Assembly: GCA_036785375.1 (NCBI GenBank)
Contig: JAWMAR010000309.1
Coordinates: 62,001 to 126,000 of the forward strand
From: Leucoraja ocellata
Lineage: Eukaryota
Direction: 5' to 3'
DNA: 64,000 nt
A program made the position numbers and the translations under genes. This document shows positions 51,616 to 64,000 of this stretch, piece after piece. The notes under the pieces are model-generated. The model had not been told where the DNA came from. It did not search any database and worked only from the letters and a program-made list of their open reading frames with translations. Position 1 is the first letter of the stretch; each line of letters begins with the position of its first letter.

Positions 51616-54233
51616 GTACAGTAGAGTTGTTTCAGTGTGGGGAAATGTGTGCTTCCCATTACCATGAGATGCTAAAACATCAAGTCACCACTTTGGGGAA
51701 ATGTTTAACTCATAGTTGTATGGTTCAATTAGCTTTTATTAACAAATAGTCATGGAATTGTAGAGTCATACAGCACGGAAACAGCCCAACTCGTCCACAC
51801 TAGTCTATATGCTCCAACCAAGTGAGTTCCTATTTGCCCTCGTTTGGCCCATATTCCTCTCAACCTTTCCTGTCATGTAACTGTCCATGTATCTTTTAAA
51901 TGTTGTTACAGTACCTGCTTCAAATACCTCCTCTGGCAGCTTGTTTAGATTTCCTATTAAATCTTCCCTCTCTTATCTTAAACCTATGCTCTCTTGTTTT
52001 TGATTCCCCTACTCTGGGTAAATGACTGTGCATTCACCCTATCTATTGTCCACGATTAATACACATCTTTGAGATCATCTATAACCTGTCAAAATCAATG
52101 CATTTTGGTTATCCACTTAGTGGGAAATGTTTCTCATTATTGACTCAATCATAGATTCATATAGCATGTCCTTTGGCACAACTTTAGTTTAACGGGTGGC
52201 ACAGTTGTGCAGCGGTAGAATTGCTGCCTCACAGCACCAGAGACCTGGGTTCAATCCTGACCTCAGGTGCTGTCTGTACGGAATTTAAACGTTCTCCCTG
52301 TAACCGTGTTAGTTTTCTCCAGGTGTTCTGGTTTCCTCCCACACTTCAAAGATGTACAGGTTTGTAGGTTAATTGGCTTTGGTAATTTGTCCCAAGTGGT
52401 AGGATAGTGATAGTGTATGGGGATTGCTGGCTAGTGTGGACTCGATGGGCCGAAGAGCCTATTTTTGCATCGTATCACTAAATTATACTAAACTAATGGT
52501 TTACTTTGTCTGTGAACATTCACACAAGAGTGGGGTGTGGATAAGGATAAAACAGCAGTGTGGCCAGCCAGCTGTCTACAGTAAATTTGGCATCATCTAC
52601 AGGGGTCATCTTGCAAAGCACAGATGATATTAAATGTACAAAGCCAAGCAATCAAATCTAATGTTTTAGTGTTGTCCTGCCAGAGGCAATCTCTTTAAAA
52701 ACTCATTAACACTACCGATGTTAATATTGACTGAATCAGAATCTGACTTTGTTTTTTTTAACTAATTAAATTGAAATATCACACAAGCACTGTAACATTT
52801 AATGATTCTATAACAACATTTAAAAGACATTTGGACAGGTACATGGAAAGGAAAGTTTAGACAGATATGGGCCAAACGCAGGCTGGTGGGACGAGTGGCA
52901 TGTTGGTCGGCATGCGCGCGTACGGCCGAAAGGACCCATCTTCACATTCAAAGAAGGACCCCCAACCAAAATATTACCCATCCACACCCTTCAGAAGTAC
53001 TGCCTGACCCGTTGAGATACATCACCACTTTATACTCTACGTAAGATTCCAGCATCTGCAGGTCTACAGTGGACCTTTGCAAACTGCACCTGTGCATCTG
53101 AACCAGAATGGCCCAACATCCTTGTGGTGAGTTTGCCACTGCAGATGGGACAGGTTTACACTTATCTGACAGGGGACTGGGACACGGATATATACTTGGA
53201 AGGGAAGGGTTATTGTAGACATTGCTCGTTTGGGTGCAAGGAGGCACGAGAGGAATAGATTACTTAACTGCAATATTCTCTAATGAAGGCATGTGGGAAT
53301 AGCTTGGTTAGGTAACACGGACAAGTTGGGCCAAAGGGCCTATTTCCATTCTGTATTAATTACTCTTTGATTCTACGTCAAGGATAGTGACAGATTATTA
53401 AAGTTAAATACAATTTGCTCACTTAAGTTGAGGAGCTTGTCCTTAAGAAAGGCAAAATATTGGCTGAAGAAGTGCCCCGGCCTGAAATGTCACATATCAA
53501 TATTCTGCATAGGCTGCCTGATCCGCTGTTATTCCAGCACTATATGTCTTCATTTGTCCCAACTTCTATACTCGGTACCCTGACTGATGAAGGCAAATGC
53601 ATCAAAAGCCTTCTATAACACCTCATCCACTTGTTACGCCACTTTGAGGGAAATATGTATCTGCACTCTGAGATCCCTCTGCTCTGCAACATTCCCCATG
53701 ATCTTACCATTCACTGTTAAAATTCTGAGCCGGTTTGACTTCCCACTGATCTGCAATAAACTTAATTAGCCATTGCTCTGCGCACCTGCCCAGCTGATCA
53801 AGATCTTGATGTAATTTCTGACAACCATCTTTTGATAGGCAGTACATCAGTAAGTATACTAATTGTCTAGGGCATCCAGCATCCACAACAAGAGTCCGAT
53901 TCACTTGGTGCCTTTGGTACATCCGTCGTTTTTTAATCTTTGGTTGCTTGACGTGGCCAGAGCTGTTTGATATGATGGGACTTGTTTTAGTCTTTGCCTG
54001 AAGGAGACAATGTCAATGTTAGAGTGAATTCAATGAACCTTTACTCACAGTGGGAAGCCAGATTCATAAGTCAGAGGACCACAGTAGTGTGACCTTAGGA
54101 CATGAGTTTCCCGAGGCAGCTCAAGATTGGTCGTCTTATTTTAAAGATGGATAGAGGGCAAACTGTCTTTTGCAGCTTTCCAAACATTGAACATTAAAAT
54201 ATGCTGTCTCTTTATTTTTGATTTCACAAACAG

Positions 54234-54656
54234 AATTTAAAATGCAATTGGATAAAACAGAATTGAATATTACCGTCTCAGAGAAGGACCTGTTCCAGCT
54301 CAGCTGTAATGTGACCCAACAAACTCAAGATAACTCTCGATTTGCTGTGTACTGGTTTGCTTGGAAGGTCAAAGAAGACATTGATGGGATCGTCAAGGAG
54401 ACGATTCTGAAAGTTGATCACAATTCGGTATTTGGTTTCGAAGCCTTGACGGACAGGGCTAAAAGCATGAAGGACAGATTGCAGTTCGAGAGGCCATCCA
54501 ACGGATTGTACACTCTGACAATACATAATTCAGGCAGAGGTGACACAGGGAATTACTACTGCAACGTAGAGGAGTGGATTCAAAATGCCAACAACATCTG
54601 GTACAAACTTGGAGAGGATGAGTCTGGGCTGCTTACTGTCACTGTTCAAAGCAAAG
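54234..54656 (+). CDS. IGSF3: IGSF3 exon, Ig domain 8
   Basis: aaacag|AATTT...AAAG|gtaatt; 423 nt; TVSEKDLFQLSC...DNSRFAVYW...DTGNYYCNVEEWIQ. Confidence 0.93.
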
Positions 54657-56422
54657 GTAATTTATCATAGAAATATAGAATGATGACAGGTGGCTATTTG
54701 GCCCATTATGTCCAGTGCAGCTCATACAGAATATGATTCCAACTACACACTGTGCTAAGAGATTTTCCCAACACTGTTCTTAATTAATGGAATATGAAAT
54801 ATAGCACATGGAACATAGAACGGTACAGTCCACAATGTCCATGCCAAACATGATGTCAAAATCAATTAATCTTCTCTGCCCACACATGATCCATATCCCT
54901 GCAAATCAATTTACCTATCTTGGGGCAACACAATGATAGTGTTAGAGTTGCTGCCTTACAGCATCAGAGACCCGGGTTCGATCCTGATTACAGGTGCTGT
55001 CTGTACGGGGTTTGTTCGTTCTCCCTGTGTTTTTTTCTGGATGCTCTGGTTTCTTCCCACTCCAAAGACGTACAGGTTTGTAGGTTAATTGGCTTCGGTA
55101 AAATTGTAAATTTTCTGACCTTGGGTGCTGTCTGTGCGACGTTTGCATATGCTCCCTGTGATCATGTGGGTTTCCTCCGGGTGCTCCGGTTTCCTCCCAC
55201 ATTCCTAAGGCATGCGGGTTTGTGGATTAATTGTCTTCTGTAAATTGCCCCTCATGTGTAGATGGGATAATGTGAAATTGGGATAACATAGAACTAGTGT
55301 AGGGGGTGATTGGTGGTCGGCGCGGACTCGGTGAGCCAAAGAGACTGTTTCCACACTGCATCTCAAAAGCTAAATTATGGCCTTTAAAGATTTATGGAGA
55401 ACATGAAAGGATTTAGACATTTAAAAGGTAATTGAACACCTGTTTCTTCCATGTGTGAGTGACTGACTTGCTGACTTTGCGATGCTCGCTGGAAATAACC
55501 CAACACCCCTTCCTTAGAGCCGCAGTGAAGGGTCAGCTGCATTATGTGACCAGGGCCCTTGGAGTTGGGTTTGAAAATCACAATCATCTGGCCGGGAGAT
55601 AAGGAAACTATTATAGAGCTACAAACACTATAGAATGGAGTCCAATGAAATCCGGCTGCAAAATAATTAATATATTTTATATTACTTCTGAATTTGTCTC
55701 ATTGTATCTGAACTTGTCCCGCTGGTGCATAAAAAATGACTTAATCTGAGAGTCAAAAGTTTATTTTATCATTCTGTACCACCAAGGCATGATGAATTCT
55801 AACCAAATATCTGTTTTTTATGTTTAAAAATAAATGTGAAATATATTAAATTTTATCTTGGATCAATATTGGTATGCGAGTTCAGACACATCTTGTAACT
55901 TTGGCACACTTTTATAGAACATAGAACAGTGCAGAAACAGGCGCCTCGGCCCACAATGTCCGTGCCAAACAAGGTGTGAAGTTAAAATAAACTCCTCTGC
56001 TTGCATCTGATCCAACCCCTTCATTCCCTGCACATCCATGTTTCTATCTAAAAGTATCTTAAACATCACTATCTTATCTGCCTCCACCAACACCCCTGGT
56101 AGTATTCCAGATACCCACCACTCTGAAAAGAAAAACGCTTGCCCCATACATCTCCTTTAAACTTTGCTCCTCTCACCTTAAAGCTATGCCCCCTAGTCTT
56201 TGACAACCTTGGGGGGGGGGGGGGGAGATTCTGCCTGTCTACCCTATCTGTGCTTCCCATAATTGTATATACTCTTATCAGGTCTACCCTCAACTTCCAA
56301 CACTCCAAATTCGTCTAACTTCTCCATATAACTAAGGTACTCATCCAAGAAGCATTCTGGTAAATCTCTTCTGCTCCCTCTCCAAAGCCCCCACATGTTT
56401 CCTATAATGGGGCGAACAGACC

Positions 56423-57506
56423 AGTGGTGAATCTGTGGAATCCATCGCCACAGAAGGCTGTGGAGACCAAGTCAATGGATATTTTTTAATGCGGAGATTG
56501 ATATATTTTTGATTTATATAAATCCTTTCATGTTCCCCATAAATCTTTAAAGGCCATCATTTAGTTTTTTCGATGCAGCGTGGAAACAGGTGCTTTGGCT
56601 CACCGAGTCGGCGCCGACCACCAATCACCTCCTACACTAGTTCCATGTTATCCCATTTTCACATTATCCCATCTACACGAGGGGCAATTTACGGAAGACA
56701 ATTAATCTACAAACCCGCATGCCTTAGGAATGTGGGAGAAAACCGGAGCACCCGGAGGAAACCCACATGATCACAGGGAGCATATGCAAACGTCACACAG
56801 ACATTTTACCGAAGCCAATTAACCTACAAACCTGTACGTCTTTGGATAAGGAAGAAACCAGAGCATCCGGAAAAAAAGACGGGGAGAACGAACAAACTCA
56901 AACTAGGGACAATCTGGAGTCCAATTAACCTACAAACCTGCATGTCTTTGGGATGTGGGAGGAAATCTGGCACATGGAGAATGTGCAAACTTTACACAGA
57001 TAGCACCAAAGGAAAGGATTGAACTGAGGTGTCTAGCGCTGTGAGGCATCGGCCCTACCAGCCACACAAATATCAATGTCCAATTTATTTCCTGTCATTC
57101 CCGTTATGCTAATTGATATTTCTTTCCCTTCACGCTATGTCACTAAATTATGAGGCACACACTGTGCCTAAGACAACTCCTTTGTTCTAACTAAAAGACA
57201 CACTGAGAACAGCACTCTGCCCACTCGGCATGTCTTTCATCCAAGGCATTTGAAAGATTCTGGAAATGAATCTGTTGTTATTACCTTGTGCTCCAATGGG
57301 GGGAAAAATAATCAAGAGGGCAAATGTTATTCTGAAATTGGTGAAGAGCTCCTGAAAAATTATTATCTTTAATTTGAGTTTCCTCCAGGAATAGAAGATA
57401 CATTTCATCGGCAGCTGGCATTTAAAAAGTGTAGAGTTACCATAATGTTCTACCCTTTGACATAAACCATGTTATTCTGGTTTAGCTGCCTTAACAACTC
57501 TTGGTT
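56423..57506. repeat. Mosaic insertion of three locally duplicated segments
   Basis: 56423-56518 = 57899-57994 direct; 56519-56897 = 55010-55415 inverted; 56902-57500 = 59278-59882 inverted. Confidence 0.9.
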
Positions 57507-57569
57507 ATGCTTCCTATTATGGGGCAAAGAGAACTACACACAATACTCCAAATGCAGCCTAACCTTTAC

Positions 57570-58125
57570 AATCACAGGTCAGACCGCATTTGGAGTATTG
57601 TGAGCAGTTTTGTGCCCAATATCTGAGGAACGATGTGCTGGCATTGAAACGGGTTCAGAGGTTAAGAGAATGATCCCAGGAATGATTTGTTTAACATATG
57701 ATAAGCGTTTACGGCACTGGGCCTATACTCGCTGGCACTAAAAGGATGAGGGGCATTTCATTGAAATGTACCGAATAGTGAAAGGGCTGGATAGTGGATG
57801 GTTCCACTAGTGGGAGAGTCTAGGACCAGAAGTCATACACACAGAATAAATACACATACCTTTGGAATGGAGATGGGATAGAATTTATTTAGTCAGAGAG
57901 TGGTGAATATGTGGAATCCATCGCCACAGAAGGCTGTGGAGACCAAGCCAATGGATATTTTTTAATGCGGAGATTGATATATTTTTGATTTATAAGGGTG
58001 TTAGGGGTTATGTGGAAAAGGTAGGAGAATAGAGTTGCGAGGGAAAGAGAGATCAGCCATGATTGAATGGGGGAATAGACTTGATGCGCCGAATGACCTA
58101 ATTTTGCTCCTATAACTTATGAACA
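57570..58125 (+). mobile_element. CR1 LINE 3' fragment
   Basis: VRPHLEYCEQF motif through 3' tail GCTCCTATAACTTATGAAC. Confidence 0.8.
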
Positions 58126-60028
58126 AACCAAAGTCCTATGTATCTATATACACGAACATTATACTTCCTCACATTTTCCGTGTTTAAGGTGCTAGATAAA
58201 TGCAAGTTACAGCAGGTGACAGATGTGCAGCGCTTGCAGTTGGCAGTTCTGTTAATGTTTTTTTGGGGGGGATAATGCCCCAGGGCAGTTCATAGAGGTG
58301 TGCAATTTAAAACCTGTACTTCAGTTTCACATTTCTCTTGGTCATCAAAAAATGAAACCATTCTTTGTCGAGTACAAAACCCAGTAGCGTGGGATTCAAT
58401 AACAGCTACTTTTGATACTCTTTCGCCTGTTTGTTCTGCAACACCGTGGCATCAATCACCGTACATTCTCTCAACCACCCAAGACAAAGTGACTTGAAAG
58501 TGTACCCGATATTGAGCCATACACTGCATGAAAATTGTGTATTCATCAGCATTTCCATTTTATTCATCATAAGATCATAAGACACAGGAACAGTATTAGG
58601 CCATTTGGCCCATTGAGTCTGCTCTGCTATTCAATCATGACTGATCTATTTTTCGCTCTCAACCACATTCTCCTGTCTTCTCCCCGTAACCTTTGACACC
58701 TTTACTAATCAAAAACCTGTCAATCTCCGCTTTTAAAATACCCAATAACGTTGACTTGCTTCCGCCGCCATCTGTGGCAATGAATTCCACAGATTCACAA
58801 CCTTCTGGCTAAATAAAATACATCATTTTATTCTGAGGCTACGCCCTCTGGTTCTAGACTCTTATTTGCATCATATTATCTTGGTTTAGATTTATTATTT
58901 TCACGTGTACAGTAAAAAGCTTTGTTTTGCATGCTACCCAATCAAACCAGATAATAGCATGCATAAATGCTCTCAAGCCGCACTCAAGTGCAATAGGTAG
59001 AGTGAAATGAAAGAGAGTGCAGAATATAAATACTAAGTTTATTTTGGGAACATGAGCCTTGTTACCAATTTGGATTTTGTTTAAATAAAGGCATTTTTGT
59101 GCGGCTGCTGGGAGAGAAAGCCAAAAAGACTGCGTCTGAAACGAAAGCAGAAAATGCTAGAAATAAATAGGATGTCTCGTTAAACAGTGCAAGAAAATTG
59201 ACGATGCCATTTCTGTGCGCATAATCCTTCTTCACAATTAGAAAGTGTGTACTTATAATTGTATCCCAGTTTCTTGTGAGTTGTTAAGGCAGCTAAACCA
59301 GAATAACATGGTTTATGTCAAAGGGTAGAATATTATGGTAACTCTACACTTTTTAAATGCCAGCTGCCGATGAAATGTATCTTCTATTCCTGGAGGAAAC
59401 TCAAATTAAAGATAATAATTTTTCAGGAGCTCTTTACCAATTTCAGAATAACATTTGCCTTCTTGATTATTTCCCCCCCCCCCCCCCATTGGAGCACAAG
59501 GTAATAACAACAGATTCATTTCCAGAATCTTTCAAATGCCTTGGATGAAAGACATGCCGAGGAGGCAGAGTGCTGTTCTCAGTGTGTCTTTTAGTTAGAA
59601 CAAAGGAGTTGTCTTAGGCACAGTGTGTGCCTCATAATTTAGTGACATAGAGTGAAGGGAAAGAAATATCAATTAGCATAACGAGAATGACAGGAAATAA
59701 ATAGGTGATTGATATTTGTGTGGCTTGTAGAGCCACTGCCTCACAGCGCTGGAGACCTCAGTTCAATCCTTTCCTTTGGTGCTATCTGTGTAAAGTTTGC
59801 AGGTTCTCCACGTGCCAGTTTTCTCCCACATCCCAAAGACATGCAGGTTTGTAGGTTAATTGGCCTCTAGATTGCCCCAAGTATGTAGGGTGTGGATGAG
59901 AGAGTGGGATAACATTGAGGTAGTGTGAACGGGTGGACTTGGTAAACTGAAGGCTGTGTTTCCATGCTGTATTTCTAAACTAAACTAAAAGCAAATTTCT
60001 GATCTTTTTTGGTATTTGTTTTCTGCAG

Positions 60029-60279
60029 GTTCAACCCTTCATCAAGCAATTTGTTCAAACGATGCTCTGTTTTACTTCATATTCTTTTATCCCTTTCCAA
60101 TTTTTGGGGTCCTACTTATTGCCATTTTACTTACACGCTACAAGACTCTAAACGCGCAGAAAAAGTCTGATGCAAAGAATGGTGTTCCGCTACTCTGGAT
60201 TAAAGAGCCAGCGGTAACTTATTCCCCGACAAGTCTTGAGCCACCGGATTTCAGAATAGGACCAGGAAGCATCGCGTAA
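60029..60279 (+). CDS. IGSF3: IGSF3 terminal coding exon: transmembrane helix and cytoplasmic tail
   Basis: ctgcag|GTTCAACC; ICSNDALFYFIFFYPFPIFGVLLIAILL...KNGVPLLWIKEP...YSPTSLEPP, stop TAA 60277-60279; this tail distinguishes IGSF3 from CD101, IGSF8 and PTGFRN. Confidence 0.97.
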
Positions 60280-61690
60280 CAAAGGAAAAAGAGAAAAGAA
60301 TTTTGGACAAATAAATTGATGTTCAACTGAGGTAATATTGAACTAGAGGTGAATATTCACCCCAAAAAAAGATGATCAAAATTTGAAAGCAACATCCTCC
60401 ATCCCTTGTATCATGAATGAAGATCCTGAGGGTCAATCGATTGAGAAATGGGGGAAGAAATGGTACTTTTATCGTTAAAATGTTTGACTCAATTGGCCTC
60501 CTTCCCAATACACCTAGAAGACTTACTTTGTGTAGCTGGTATATTTTGTTTCACACTAATGTGTTTATCTTTAAATGGAAGTTCATTCCTGATTGTATAG
60601 CACTGACTGCAGCATACATCAGCAACATGTGCTGCATTTGCCTCGGAAATTCCAGACTGAATGCAATGTACCATTGCTGCTGTTTGGCTTGGTTAGCGCC
60701 TCAGACTGTCGATGAATTTCTAGTCCTAATTTGCCAACTATTTTCACTGCATGAGCACTCTGCGTATTACATTAGTCTGCTTTGTGTAATAGGTCTGATG
60801 TCATTAAAACCAGATAATCTTCTAAATGTTAAGAATACACAACTGTACAATGGTAGAAAAGGATTGAACTATGATGGAGGATATTTTTTCTTTTAATTGC
60901 CCAATCAGTTTGGTTAATGAACCGAAGAGTCAATGTAATATCCAAAGCAAGTCGCAACTGGATGGACTGTTATCCAGTCAGGTCCCTGGTAACCAGCACA
61001 ACTTGAATACTGAACAATGGAAGGCATTGAAAAAGAGTGGGATTTTCATGGAAACCAAGGAAAAGCCATGGGACTGAAGGCTCATCGATATTGTGTCAGG
61101 CGAAACTCCACATTTGATCAATGGGATGTGCAATGGAGAAGCCAAGGAGGACATTTTGTGTAGGCAGTGATGTTCCTTAATGTTGTAATTGCATTCTGAC
61201 CTAAACTGAGACAACTTACCCAAATGCAGAATGTGGGACAACAAAATTCTATTCCTTCCAGTGAGTACAGTGAAGATTATTAGCAAGTACAGCCAATCTT
61301 TCTTGTTTATGAATTTTTGATATGGATGTCTGATCAAGCTGCAACTTTACAGAATGGAGTTTTCATGCAGTTTTTTAAATTTTATTTTGCACTTTTTGAA
61401 ATAACTTTTTATTCCGTGTTTGAACAAATTTCATTATATTTGCCTGTTTTGTTTCAATAGTGTTCTTTGAAAGAGTGCTGTTTGACCAAGAGAAAGGGTT
61501 ACAGATCTGAACAAATCTAATGCCCTACAAAGTTCAAGTTGTTATATGGATGTTAGACTTTGCTGTAAAATCTGCCAAACTAAATCACATAATACTTGCC
61601 TCAGCTTACTTACTGTGAAGAATCTTCAAAGAAACTCTCATGTACTCCAACAAAGCAACTCCATTTTAAATTACTAAATGAAACTTAAAA
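60280..61690 (+). other. Probable IGSF3 3' UTR (end not determined)
   Basis: 1.4 kb free of recognisable repeats after the stop; AATAAA at 60310-60315; U-rich tracts ~61370-61460. Confidence 0.5.
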
Positions 61691-62910
61691 ACACAAATGG
61701 GGCAGCACAGTGGCACAGCTGCTGCCTCAGGCGCTGAAGACCCGGGTTCGATCCTGACTACGGGTGCTGTCTGTGTGGAGTTTGCACATTCTCCTTGTGA
61801 CTGCATGGGTTTCCTCCCACATCCCAAAGACGTGCGAGTTTGTAGGTTAATTGGCCTCTGTTAAATTACCCCTAGTATGTAGGGAATGGATGAGAAAGTG
61901 GGATAACATAGTGTTCGGCGTGGATTCTGTAAGCCAATGGTCCTATTTCCAAGCTGATGCTTTTATTGCAGGAACCACATGGTTTTAATTAATAGTTGAT
62001 TATTTGATACAGCCTTTAATGATTTCATAGCTGATCACATCAAGCCAGCTGATCAGAACTGCAGCAGCTATTTTTTATAGTTTGTTAGTCCATGTGAAGA
62101 ATACTCCTATTGTATCGCATATAATCTCTATATAATGAACCTTAGACTAACATACAGGTACTTGACATAAGTCCATGGTAAATCACTGCAAACTTAAACA
62201 GTTTTAGCTTCTGCACTATTGATCTCATTCAGTGGTTCAATGGTACTTTATTGTCACACGTACCTAAATACAGTGAAATTATTTGTTGTGCGTACAGTTC
62301 AGTAGAATCATTCTATACATAAGCTCAATCATACAAGTACAAGAAGGACACAATTGTAGTGCAAGAATAGTAGATTACGCTGAGGCAGTACACAAAGAGT
62401 CGCCACGTTTTGGCACCCAGATTTCAAGTCCTTGAAATAGAGCTTTATCTTGGCCTCAAAGGCCCATAACCCTGGCAACAACAGATCCTGTCATTAACAG
62501 AACTAATGAACAAAAGAGCTGGTGGTTCTGGTAAGATCCTTACAATTTCTGTTTTTTTCTTAGATGTTCCTTCTAGACAAAACCAATAAGAGGTTCAGAC
62601 GGTATTTTGTTCCTTGAAGTGTTGAATGTGTTCAAGTTTTGGTGTCTGTACTTTACGAGCAGAGATGATTCATGGCTAACAACAGGGTAACCAGCTGCTC
62701 TGAAGTTTCTTTGAAGCATGCTTTTAGACTATGTTTATTTATCAAGAGTTGTTTCAAGAGATGGTATGTCATCTAAGTTTGAATTTAGATGTCGGATTTA
62801 TTGTCAGACTAACTATGTACCCCAAAGATCTTAAAGTGAATACAGTATGTGATCAATGTAACACGATATCTTTATTACCAAAACAGCAAAGACATTTAAA
62901 AAAAAAAAAA

Positions 62911-63160
62911 AATGAAATGATTCAATTTATTGTCATTGTCAGTGTACAGTACAGAGACAACGAAATGCATTTTTAGCATCTCCCTTGAAAGGGAGACACA
63001 GGGCGTCGCGGTGTGCCCGCGCCTGCCGCCATTCCATTACAGGCAAAGGTGGGTGAAGTGTCTTGCCCAAGGACACAACGACATTATGCACTCCAAGCGG
63101 GATTCGAACCGGCTACCTTCCGGTCGCCAGCCGAACTCTTAGCCCATTGTGCTATCTGTC
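62911..63160 (-). mobile_element. Young tRNA-derived SINE with CORE-like segment
   Basis: A box TAGCACAATGG, B box GGTTCGAATCC, GTGTCCTTGGGCAAGACACTT core, LINE-like tail ...GACAATAAATTGAATCATTTCATT. Confidence 0.8.
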
Positions 63161-63389
63161 TCCGACAGATGGACTAACAAACTATAATTTAACCACTAAC
63201 CTTTTGTAGGCAGTCTCTCAGAACTGAATGTGACTTGCTTCCACCATGGTCTCGAGATGGACATGCTTCTATGTGTAATGTGAGCTGGTCTTTGCAAGCC
63301 AACATGATCAATATAGAGTATGGTTCTGGACCAATGGTAAGGAGAGCCAAGGCAACAGGAGGCCTAGCTTTGCTAAAAAAAACACAACG

Positions 63390-63700
63390 TGATGGAGTAA
63401 CTCAGCGGGTCAGGCAACCTCTGTGGAAGACATGGATAGGTGGCGCTTCAGGTTGGGACCCGTCTTCAGATTGATTGCAGTGTAGGAGTGCGGGAAGGAC
63501 AAAGCCTGGCAAGTGATAGGTTGATACAGGTGAGGTGGGTGGTGAGGGGTTGATTGACAGATTAGTGGACAAAGGCCAGAGATGAAAAGAAGACAAAAGG
63601 ATGTGAGATAAAAGGGGAGACGAGGAGTGAAATGTGAAGCTAGAGGGACGGATATGGGTGGAAGGGGAAGAAGGTGGGGGGATAGTGGGAGAAATGGATG
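63390..63700 (-). mobile_element. Penelope pLTR-derived repeat
   Basis: GGAGTAACTCAGCGGGTCAGGCA...TCTTCAGA followed by the purine-rich segment also seen at 19110-19500. Confidence 0.7.
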
Positions 63701-64000
63701 AACATCTGGGTTGGCTACAGGAAAGAGAGCAAGAAAAAAGCGAGGGGTAGGGGTTGGGCCTGGGTACCAAGCTTTGGTGCACCAACTTAACATGCACACA
63801 CATAATCTGGCCCCCATCCTTTTCCTTGGCCCATCTTGCAGGTACCACATGCTCTCGCCGTCCACCCCTTCACTCTTTCCTCCAGCAGTTTCCCTTGCAT
63901 GGTCTCCCAATCGTTCTCTCCCTCCCCTAACTGGCTTCTAAGGTTTCTCCTGTGTGCAAGTTATCTGTTGCTTCCCTCTCCCTTCACTCACCTCTTTCAT

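Noticed and set aside
60417-60896. 159-aa ORF downstream of the IGSF3 stop
   Set aside because: No recognisable domain or splice context; likely chance ORF in the 3' UTR

Overview
Vertebrate genomic DNA, very probably a cartilaginous fish (skate/ray, inferred from HE1-type V-SINEs and CR1/Penelope content). The + strand carries the 3' part of IGSF3 (EWI-3): seven phase-1 V-type Ig exons (domains 2-8) and the terminal TM/cytoplasmic exon ending at 60279. The signal peptide and Ig1 exons lie upstream of the window. Introns are packed with repeats: a structurally complete DIRS1-type tyrosine-recombinase retrotransposon (22134-27371) with ITRs, ICR and an ATT crossover, a near full-length CR1, Penelope remnants with roughly 35 hammerhead-like pLTR copies, Tx1, RTE-X-like and Rex1-like fragments, solo LTRs and several MITEs with clean TSDs. 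Most unusual observations: (1) splice signals in the DIRS element that would join the pol ATG in frame to the recombinase ORF; (2) a 1.1-kb mosaic insertion in the last intron built from three locally copied segments, creating long inverted repeats next to the TM exon; (3) Penelope-derived hammerhead motifs throughout the pre-mRNA; (4) a 32-kb-spaced inverted duplication bracketing four symmetric exons. All alignments were done by eye, repeat boundaries are approximate, and comparisons with human IGSF3 are from memory.
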